Notes under the pieces: model-generated
What the model was told of the DNA's origin: nothing
The model's database searches: none
What the model saw: only the letters and a program-made list of their open reading frames with translations
Shown: positions 11,290-18,196 of the stretch, piece by piece
How positions within the stretch are numbered: position 1 is the first letter of the stretch
Layout: each line of letters begins with the position of its first letter
Position numbers and translations under genes: made by a program
Assembly (NCBI GenBank): GCA_009694285.1
Contig: SHVK01000001.1
Coordinates: 113,944 to 137,943, forward strand
Reading direction: 5' to 3'
Origin: Candidatus Nanopelagicaceae bacterium
GTDB lineage: Bacteria; Actinomycetota; Actinomycetes; Nanopelagicales; Nanopelagicaceae
Length of the DNA: 24,000 nt

Positions 11290-12762
11290 TCAAATATTTC
11301 CCGCCTCTAAGCCTTCAAGAACTTCTTTTGCCCGCTCCTTAAGCTCGGACAAATCACTCAATCGGTTTAAGCCAAATATTTGTTGACTCATTCGATGGTT
11401 TTTGATGAAGGTTTCTTTATGGCGTTCAAGAAAATCCCAATACAAAGTTGTGAATGGGCAGGCCTTTTCACCTATACGCAACTTAGGATCATAAACACAA
11501 GGCTTGCAGTAGTTAGACATTCGTGAAATGTATGCACCACCTGCCGCATAAGGCTTAGTCATCATGGTCCCACCGTCGGCATGTACGCCCATTCCAATTA
11601 CATTTGGAACCATTACCCATTCGGATGCATCAATAAATACCTCACGCATCCACTCTAAAAATTCTTGCGGATTTGTACCTGTAATCAGAGCAAGATTTGA
11701 AAGCAACATCAGGCGCGGGATGTGGTGAACCCAAGCACGATTATTTATGTCAGTCACGGTCTCTTTTATGCAATTCATCCGGGTTTTATCCGGGTCACTA
11801 AACAAAGGCAGCAGTTTTTTGGTGGCATTTAACTGATTGTTCTCACGGTAATTAGGGCCTAGGAACCAATACATGCCGTTTACATATTCACGCCAACCGA
11901 TAACTTGCCGGATAAAACCTTCGGCGGATTCGATTGGGATTGAGCCCGTGTTAAATGCTTTCACAGCAGCTCTGATTACTTCACTTGGGTGGAGCAGTCC
12001 ATTGTTCAAATATGGAGAGAGTAAAGAATGATGAAGCGCCCAATTGTCAGTGGTCATGGCATCTTCAAGTGGACCAAATTGCGCAAAATGATTATCAATA
12101 AAGTTTTTCAACTGGCTCAGGGCACCTTTGCGAGTAGTAGCCCAGGTGGTTGTAGGTGCATAAGAAATTTCAAGGGCTACTTGATTATCAATCTCATCTC
12201 TCTGGTGCTTGAGGTATTTCGGTCCTTCATATTTCTTAGGAGGCGGCAAACGGTTCTCTTTGTCGAAGTTCCACGAGCCACCTACAGGTTCACTGCCATC
12301 CATCAATATGTTTAAACGTGTCCTTTGTTTTCTATAGAAGCTTTCCATTAAATAACTTTTTTGATTATTAGCCCATGATTGAAATAGTGGTCTCGGCGTT
12401 AGAAAGAAATCGTTGTCAACGAAACTAACTCCATACGCTTTAAGTGCTTCAAATTGCCGAAAGGATGAAGGCTCGGCACAGATAATTGGAAGTTTTGGAT
12501 AGTTGTTTTCAATACCCTTGAGACCATCTATTGTGGTGGCAGCTTTTACATACTCAACTGTAAATCCTTCATCTTCAAGAGATTTTGCAAAGTGACGGGC
12601 GCTAGAGATTAGAAAGAAGAGTCGTTCTTTATGCCAATTTCGCCCTGTAGTCATACGAGCACTTTCGATTAAGGCAATTAAATCTTCTTTTGGATCTGCC
12701 TCTTTGAGGGCGCCAAAGTTACGGTGTAAATGATCAAAAGGAATATAGATAATTCGCTTCAT
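11290..12762 (-). CDS. Fe-S bacterial cryptochrome/photolyase (FeS-BCP / CryPro class; PhrB-like (6-4) photolyase)
   Basis: 490 aa. Cys331, Cys419, Cys422 and Cys435 have spacings of 88/3/13, matching as I recall the [4Fe-4S] ligands of Agrobacterium PhrB (C350/C438/C441/C454). HHxxR motif (WVHHIPR). Overall COG3046-like photolyase-related architecture. Confidence 0.88.
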   Translation of the reverse strand: MKRIIYIPFDHLHRNFGALKEADPKEDLIALIESARMTTGRNWHKERLFFLISSARHFAKSLEDEGFTVEYVKAATTIDGLKGIENNYPKLPIICAEPSSFRQFEALKAYGVSFVDNDFFLTPRPLFQSWANNQKSYLMESFYRKQRTRLNILMDGSEPVGGSWNFDKENRLPPPKKYEGPKYLKHQRDEIDNQVALEISYAPTTTWATTRKGALSQLKNFIDNHFAQFGPLEDAMTTDNWALHHSLLSPYLNNGLLHPSEVIRAAVKAFNTGSIPIESAEGFIRQVIGWREYVNGMYWFLGPNYRENNQLNATKKLLPLFSDPDKTRMNCIKETVTDINNRAWVHHIPRLMLLSNLALITGTNPQEFLEWMREVFIDASEWVMVPNVIGMGVHADGGTMMTKPYAAGGAYISRMSNYCKPCVYDPKLRIGEKACPFTTLYWDFLERHKETFIKNHRMSQQIFGLNRLSDLSELKERAKEVLEGLEAGNI

Positions 12763-12902
12763 TTATTTTCTCGACAACGATCGCTACAATATTTCACTTC
12801 ATTCCAGTTCTTGGCCCATTTTTTGCGCCATTCAAATTCAAGATTGCAACGGACGCAGATTTTTGGTGGAAACCCATTCTTATCTTTTGCGAACCGTGGC
12901 AT
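12759..12902 (-). CDS. 47-aa Cys4 zinc-ribbon-like mini-protein (DUF2256-like), translationally coupled to the photolyase gene
   Basis: Hand-translated; below the ORF-track length cutoff. [47 protein letters not shown], with CxxC-x19-CxxxC. Its TGA (12759-12761) overlaps the photolyase ATG (12760-12762) as ATGA. Confidence 0.7.
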   Translation of the reverse strand: MPRFAKDKNGFPPKICVRCNLEFEWRKKWAKNWNEVKYCSDRCRENK

Positions 12903-13087
12903 AGCGCAAAGAATAGTCTTGAATAGCTAAAAATTCAGAGCGAAGGATTGCGAACTACAACGGCTTGCCTCAAGTGATGAAACCCACTTGTTTATTTGCG
13001 CAATAAATTAAACAAGCAGGTCAAGAGATAATGTTGGCAGCATAAGCAGAAATAATGCAGAAGCACCAAAGACAACCGAGCCTGCTC

Positions 13088-14134
13088 TTACAAGATTGTC
13101 GTGATTTTGCTGATTTGGCGGAACTTGCCAGGCTCATCACCTTTACGATTAGCCAATACTAAAGTCAGAATCTGCATAACAATTATTTCACTTATTGGCC
13201 GAGCGAGTTGAGATGTTAATTGAGGAGCTGAAATGCCCGGATGTAAAGGTTGGGCTTCTGCAGAAATCCAGACTGGATTTGCTTTTAGCTTAATTAAATC
13301 TTTAAACATCAATGAATTGAGCGAACGTTGATTGTCATAGCCTTCGAGAATAAGAACCGCCACTCCTTCTGAAGCCATTTCTAGCGGACCGTGTCGGAAC
13401 TGCGCTGTTGTGAGGCTTTCCAAACTTTCGCGTGCCGCTTCTTTGATAATTAGTGAACCGGTACGAGCTGCAGCCATTGATTCGCCGCGGCCAACTATAA
13501 AAATAGTTTTTTGCTGAATAGCGGAATCTAGAGCTTCATAACACTCTGCCCAATTTTCTAAATATGTTTTTAAAATTTTTGAGAGTTGGGATATCTCTGG
13601 ATCTATTTCTTCAGACAAAGCAACAGAGGTTGCCATTCCTGCAGCAAGAAGTGTGTTGAGGTAACTTTTTGCGCTGACCGTATTTTCTGACCCACATTGG
13701 ATATTAAAAAGAAAATTAGATCTAGACCCAAGTTTGCTCTCTGGATAATTAGTGAAACCAAGAATCGTGACATCGCCTTTGACGGACTCCAATTCATTTA
13801 GCAACTGAGCAACCTCAGCAGACTCGCCTGATTGAGATGCGATCCAGAAAAGTGTTCTGCCTTTTATACGTCCCTTGATATTTATGAGCAGTTCAGCGGT
13901 GTCCTCATGCCACACTGGAAATCCAGCTGAAACTAACCGTAGATAGCTTGGATAAAGCGCATTTAAGGAAGAACCCATTCCGGTCAAAATTATGCGATCA
14001 AAGTTAGCCATGTCATCCAGCAGAGATTTTGTTTTAGTAGAAATACCCGCGGAGATTAATTTCTCAACTGCTTCCGGCTGGGCCTGGATATCAGCAAAGT
14101 ACGGAGCGTTCTCAATGAGTTGGAATCTGGGCAT
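13088..14134 (-). CDS. Double-SIS-domain sugar-phosphate isomerase/deaminase (GlmS C-terminal-like, AgaS/NagB-II type)
   Basis: 348 aa with no glutaminase domain. Two SIS-like halves (ILTGMGSSLNA...; FIVGRGESMAAARTGSLIIKEA...). Divergent from a ROK kinase gene. Confidence 0.75.
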   Translation of the reverse strand: MPRFQLIENAPYFADIQAQPEAVEKLISAGISTKTKSLLDDMANFDRIILTGMGSSLNALYPSYLRLVSAGFPVWHEDTAELLINIKGRIKGRTLFWIASQSGESAEVAQLLNELESVKGDVTILGFTNYPESKLGSRSNFLFNIQCGSENTVSAKSYLNTLLAAGMATSVALSEEIDPEISQLSKILKTYLENWAECYEALDSAIQQKTIFIVGRGESMAAARTGSLIIKEAARESLESLTTAQFRHGPLEMASEGVAVLILEGYDNQRSLNSLMFKDLIKLKANPVWISAEAQPLHPGISAPQLTSQLARPISEIIVMQILTLVLANRKGDEPGKFRQISKITTIL

Positions 14135-14267
14135 GAGCGAATAATATCATCCAGAGTTTTAGGTAAACACTGGACTAAGTTAAACCTAACAATTACTCTC
14201 AATTGGTAAGTCAAACCCGACGAATCACAAAGCTGCAGAGGATCTGCATAAAGGTTGCGAGGATTAA

Positions 14268-15182
14268 TTGCTCGACTGGGCTGTAGGTATTGACCTTGGT
14301 GGCACGAACATTCGTGTCGCTAAGGTTGACGTCTTGGGCAAAGTTTCACAGCCAATTTTTGTAGAAATAGATAAGAGCTATGCGGATTCGCCAAACTTTG
14401 CTCAGATAATTTCAATTGTCGAGGGGATCATTTCAAGTAATCAAGAGCATCCACCACTTGGTATTGGTTTTGGAGTTACGGGGCCAATTAATGTGAAAAC
14501 CGGAATTATTGATAATCCATTTACCTTACCTGCATATTTTCAAGGCAATATTAAGAAAACCTTAGAAGACAAATTTAACCTCAAAGTAGTGGTTGAAAAT
14601 GATGCAAATGCGGCTTGTATTGGTGAAGCAATCTTTGGAGCTGGTGAGGGCGCAGAGATGGTCGCGTGCTTGATTTTAGGTACGGGCGTAGGGGTTGGTG
14701 TCATCAATAATGGAGTTGTCTACAGAGGTGCTAATGGTGCGCATCCCGAAGCAGGGCACGTGCACGTTGATGCAACAGGTCCGTTTTGTTACTGTGGCAG
14801 AAATGGCTGCTTAGAAGCTTTAGTTTCAGGCACAGCATTGAAAAATATCGGAGTTGAGCGTGGAGTTCTAACTGCTGAACAAAATGCGAAAGATCTTGTT
14901 CACCTTGCCGAGACAGGTAATAAGGATGCGGTTCGGATAATGCAGGAAGCACAACAGGCACTGGGTTTGGGAGTCATAAATTTAATTTATACATATGGGC
15001 CAGAAAAAATCATTATTACCGGTGGTGCCTTGAGCCGCACGGATTCACTCCTCATTGAATTACAAGCTATTGCGGATGAGGCGTGTACTTACACAAAGTT
15101 AAGGAGCGAAATTAAATTCGGATCACTTGGGGATTGGGCCGGAACAATTGGCGCGGCCACTCGAATAATCAGATCCTGGTAA
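14268..15182 (+). CDS. ROK-family sugar kinase
   Basis: 304 aa. N-terminal ATP motif GIDLGGTNIRV and the ROK zinc motif GHVHVDATGPFCYCGRNGCLEA. TTG start preceded by GAGGA (14259-14263). Confidence 0.88.
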   Translation: MLDWAVGIDLGGTNIRVAKVDVLGKVSQPIFVEIDKSYADSPNFAQIISIVEGIISSNQEHPPLGIGFGVTGPINVKTGIIDNPFTLPAYFQGNIKKTLEDKFNLKVVVENDANAACIGEAIFGAGEGAEMVACLILGTGVGVGVINNGVVYRGANGAHPEAGHVHVDATGPFCYCGRNGCLEALVSGTALKNIGVERGVLTAEQNAKDLVHLAETGNKDAVRIMQEAQQALGLGVINLIYTYGPEKIIITGGALSRTDSLLIELQAIADEACTYTKLRSEIKFGSLGDWAGTIGAATRIIRSW

Positions 15183-15196
15183 GAAAATTATTGAGT

Positions 15197-15964
15197 TTAA
15201 GGCAATGGAATCAAGGTATTTGCAAAGATCTGCCAAGCTAGAGCGGATTTTGCAACCAACGAAAGAGTTATATAGGTACGTTCTCCACGCAAGTAATTGC
15301 TCCACTTGCCCACTTTCTTGTATTGCACCCATTGAACTAAAGCAAAAGAGTTAAAGAAAATAAAGATCGTAAAAACAATTCCATAGACAAAGGCTGGGGC
15401 TGAGGTATCACTAACTCCGCCAATTGAAAGCACATAAAAAGCAAGTGCGATCCAAGGAACAATTCCAGTGATGCAACCAAAAATAAATGGCAGCCATCCA
15501 CCATTTCCTGGTGCCTCATACTTTTCTTGCAACCAACCAAACAAAATCATTGAAGCATTAACTCCAAAGATTGAGATGAGTGCTGTTATATCTGCGATAC
15601 CAGTTACTTGAGCGATCAATACAATCATCACTGAAGAGCTAATTGAGTATTCAACCCATCTGAAATAATTTCGTTGAGCTGATAAGCCAGCGCTGTAACG
15701 AGGAAAAAATTGTGGGCTAGCAACAATGAAATGGAAGAGCGCGGAAAGTCCTAAGAAGAGCGCAACTGCTAGTCCGATCGGCGTGCTAAAAAGAATCACT
15801 GATGGAGCAAATGAGGAACCTGGCGGACCGGCCATGTAAGTGGCAGTTACTGGCAATGCAAAATCACTGCTTAACGCTAAGACTGCGGCCATTTGCACTA
15901 AGTGCAAAATTCCAGCCAAGATATTTACTTTGCGAAGTCGGGCCATCGTTAGGTCTTTGCTCAT
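15197..15964 (-). CDS. Heliorhodopsin (7-TM retinal-binding protein with inverted topology)
   Basis: 255 aa. Seven predicted TM helices (approx. residues 15-32, 56-82, 100-120, 126-145, 158-179, 192-213, 230-251). Lys239 (codon 15248-15250) sits mid-TM7 in SLVAKSALAWQ. Glu105 (codon 15650-15652) sits in TM3, FRWVEYSISSSVMIVLIAQ. His21 and His78 are present. The K/R-rich N-terminus implies N-in topology. Long blocks match my memory of heliorhodopsin 48C12 (GLAVALFLGLSALFHFIV, FGVNASMILFGWLQEKY, FFNSFALVQ, KWSNYLRGER). Confidence 0.93.
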   Translation of the reverse strand: MSKDLTMARLRKVNILAGILHLVQMAAVLALSSDFALPVTATYMAGPPGSSFAPSVILFSTPIGLAVALFLGLSALFHFIVASPQFFPRYSAGLSAQRNYFRWVEYSISSSVMIVLIAQVTGIADITALISIFGVNASMILFGWLQEKYEAPGNGGWLPFIFGCITGIVPWIALAFYVLSIGGVSDTSAPAFVYGIVFTIFIFFNSFALVQWVQYKKVGKWSNYLRGERTYITLSLVAKSALAWQIFANTLIPLP

Positions 15965-16015
15965 AAATGAAACGTACCTCAGATATCAAGGTAAATAGAT
16001 AGATCGGCGGTTGGG

Positions 16016-16088
16016 TGCCTCGAGTCGGATTTGAACCGACACTATGCAGTGTTTGAGACTGCCCTCTCTACCGTTGGAGTACCGAGGC
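16016..16088 (-). tRNA. tRNA with anticodon CAA (Leu by anticodon) but class-I architecture (5-nt variable loop); isotype uncertain
   Basis: Folded by hand. Acceptor GCCUCGG/UCGAGGC (one G-U pair), U8, D arm CUC-C-AACGGUAG-A-GAG with a GG dinucleotide, anticodon stem GCAGU/ACUGC, loop CUCAAAC, variable loop AUAGU, T arm GUCGG-UUCAAAU-CCGAC, discriminator A, followed by CCC (no encoded CCA). Confidence 0.85.
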
Positions 16089-16137
16089 CGGTAGTGCAAT
16101 TCAAATCTTATCGGGGTCGAGTGAGTACCCTTAGCAA

Positions 16138-16755
16138 GTGACTAATTCACCCAATGCTCAGCAAGTGGCTCCAAGGATCGCGCCAAGAATTATTGTTGCT
16201 GAAGACGAGGCGATTATCCGAATGGATCTAATTGAGATGTTGCGCGAGGCTGGATATAACGTCATTGGCGAAGCGGCAAATGGTCGTGAGGCGATCTCAT
16301 TGGCCCGCCATTTAAAACCGGATTTGGCGATTTTAGATGTGAAGATGCCGGAGATTGATGGCATTTCAGCGGCTGAACTAATCGTCAGTGAGAAATTGGC
16401 TGCCGTCTTGATGCTGACCGCTTTCAGTCAAAGAGAGTTAGTCGAGCGGGCCCGAGATGCTGGGGCAATGGCTTACCTAGTTAAGCCATTTTCGATTAGC
16501 GACCTGACCCCAGCGATCGAGATGGCCCTTGGCAGATACGCCCAGATTCAGGCCCTAGAGGCCGAGGTTGGCCAGCTTGGGGAGAGATTGGAAGCCCGAA
16601 AGTTGGTGGATCGGGCCAAAGGGGTTTTGATGGCTAATTTGGGGATCACCGAGCCAGAGGCATTTAAATGGATCCAAAAGGCGGCCATGGATCAACGCAG
16701 CTCAATGAGCGCGGTGAGCGAGGGGGTCCTCGCCCATTATCAGCCGGGGAGTTAA
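16138..16755 (+). CDS. pdtaR: PdtaR-like response regulator (receiver domain plus ANTAR RNA-binding domain)
   Basis: 205 aa. Receiver: IIVAEDEAIIRMDL...DLAILDVKMPEIDG. ANTAR: LEARKLVDRAKGVLMANLGITEPEAFKWIQKAAMDQRSSM. The GTG start is uncertain; an alternative GTG lies at 16165. Confidence 0.88.
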   Translation: MTNSPNAQQVAPRIAPRIIVAEDEAIIRMDLIEMLREAGYNVIGEAANGREAISLARHLKPDLAILDVKMPEIDGISAAELIVSEKLAAVLMLTAFSQRELVERARDAGAMAYLVKPFSISDLTPAIEMALGRYAQIQALEAEVGQLGERLEARKLVDRAKGVLMANLGITEPEAFKWIQKAAMDQRSSMSAVSEGVLAHYQPGS

Positions 16756-16892
16756 CGGTCTGTTAATTTAATATTTTGCTTTTTGGGGTGTCGAAATTGG
16801 GCAACTGCTGGCATACTCGGCTGGTCAAAGCGCTTATCTCGGGGGTCTTTTTCGAGAAAGCTGACAATCTGAAAATATCCGAAAGGGAAATA

Positions 16893-18158
16893 ATGCAAAT
16901 TTCAAAGAAACTTAAGGTTGTTGCTGCATTTGCAGTTGCAAGCTTGGTCTTTGCTGGTTGCTCAAAGTCCGCTTCTGAAGAAGAAGCTGCACCAGCTGAG
17001 GAAGCTGCTGTAGTAAAAGGGACTGGACCATTAAAGATCGGCTCACTACTTCCAGAGACCGGCAGCCTCGCATTTCTCGGACCTCCTGAGTTTGCCGGCG
17101 TTGACCTAGCTGTTGCTGAAATCAACGCAGCAGGTGGCGTTCTTGAACAACCAATCGAGCACATTCGTGGCGATTCCGGAGATACAAGTACAGACATTGC
17201 ACAACAGACTGCTGATTCACATATCGCAGCTGGAGTAGGCGCAATTGTTGGTGCTGCATCTTCAGGTGTTTCATTAACTGTTATCGATAAAATCTCAGGT
17301 GCTGGCATTGTTCACTTCTCACCAGCAAACACCTCCCCAGATTTGACCAGCTATGCAGACAATGGCTTCTACTTCCGTAGCGCTCCTTCAGATACATTCC
17401 AAGGTGCAGTTCTCGGACAGTTGATGGCGGCTAACGGCGCAAAGAACGCTGTTTTCCTAAACCTTGATGATGCATACGGAAACGGTCTTGCTAAGTACGG
17501 TATTGCTGGATTCACCGGGACCTCAACACAGGTTGTGTACAACCCACAAGCTGCTGAGTTTTCTGCTGATGTTTCAAAGGCAAAGGCTGCAAAGCCAGAT
17601 GCAATTGCAATCATCGGATTCGATGAGACCACAAAAGTTCTCACCGAATTGATCAAGCAAGGCATTGGACCAAACAAGGTTAAGACCTACCTTGTTGATG
17701 GAAACCTTTCATCAGGTGCATACAAGGATCTTCCAAAGAACATCATGAAGGGCGTCAAGGCAACACTTCCTGGCGTATTCACAAATGATGAACTAAAGAA
17801 GCGTCTACTTGGTGTAGATCCTAAATTAACCGACTTCTCATACGCTCCAGAGTCATATGACGCTGTAGTGCTAATTGCGCTCGCTGCTGAGCAGGGTAAG
17901 GGAACTGATGGAACAACCATCAGAGATAACCTCACATCTGTTTCATCAGGTGGAACAAAGTGCACCACATTCGCTGATTGCAAAGCATTGATCGCTGCTG
18001 GTACCGATATCGATTACGACGGAGTTTCTGGCGCAATTGAATTCGATGCTAACGGAGATCCATCTGTAGCAACAATGGGTGTCTATGAGTACGTAGCAAA
18101 TGACAAGTACGAAGCTCGTGCCGCTGAATTCATCACCGGTGCCGTACCTGCCGCTTAG
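16893..18158 (+). CDS. livJ: Branched-chain/hydrophobic amino-acid ABC transporter substrate-binding lipoprotein (LivJ/LivK family, type I PBP)
   Basis: I chose ATG 16893 (MQISKKLKVVAAFAVASLVFAGC, lipobox LVFAGC) with SD GAAAGGGA upstream. The track start at 16776 adds 39 unlikely residues. Typical motifs: LKIGSLLPETGSLAFLG and AVAEINAAGGVL. Confidence 0.88.
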   Translation: MQISKKLKVVAAFAVASLVFAGCSKSASEEEAAPAEEAAVVKGTGPLKIGSLLPETGSLAFLGPPEFAGVDLAVAEINAAGGVLEQPIEHIRGDSGDTSTDIAQQTADSHIAAGVGAIVGAASSGVSLTVIDKISGAGIVHFSPANTSPDLTSYADNGFYFRSAPSDTFQGAVLGQLMAANGAKNAVFLNLDDAYGNGLAKYGIAGFTGTSTQVVYNPQAAEFSADVSKAKAAKPDAIAIIGFDETTKVLTELIKQGIGPNKVKTYLVDGNLSSGAYKDLPKNIMKGVKATLPGVFTNDELKKRLLGVDPKLTDFSYAPESYDAVVLIALAAEQGKGTDGTTIRDNLTSVSSGGTKCTTFADCKALIAAGTDIDYDGVSGAIEFDANGDPSVATMGVYEYVANDKYEARAAEFITGAVPAA

Positions 18159-18196
18159 TAGTCATAAAGTTCACGCACTTTTACTTTTAAAGTGAA

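Noticed and set aside
12730-12930. 66-aa plus-strand ORF across the photolyase/DUF2256 junction
   Set aside because: It is antisense to two coupled minus-strand genes with clear features, and the protein is low-complexity.
12990-13087. Short hydrophobic minus-strand frames downstream of the SIS gene (for example VLLHYFCLCCQHYLLTCLFNLLRK)
   Set aside because: No SD, an ambiguous start, several competing frames, and an overlap with the inverted repeat. More likely non-coding.
14169-14184. DasR-responsive-element-like sequence ACTGGACTAAGTTAAA in the SIS/ROK divergent spacer
   Set aside because: Only about 9 of 16 positions match the dre consensus ACTGGTCTAGACCACT as I recall it, and the second half-site is absent.
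16016-16088. Plus-strand reading of the tRNA region, which would give anticodon UUG (Gln)
   Set aside because: The canonical T loop (GGTTCAAATCC) and the GG-containing D loop exist only on the minus strand. The plus strand is just the mirror image.
15965-16137. Possible integrative element at the tRNA (integrase, att repeat)
   Set aside because: No integrase or transposase ORF lies anywhere in the window. I found no direct repeat of the tRNA 3' end, so a mobile element cannot be supported.
16776-16892. Upstream start for livJ given in the ORF track (MLFGVSKLGNCWHTRLV...)
   Set aside because: It adds 39 residues ahead of a textbook lipoprotein signal peptide. ATG 16893 has a good SD (GAAAGGGA) and the lipobox LVFAGC follows it.
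16763-17308. 181-aa minus-strand ORF rich in Ala/Pro/Ser
   Set aside because: It is entirely antisense to livJ, which has clear family motifs. The composition is typical of a shadow ORF opposite an Ala-rich gene.
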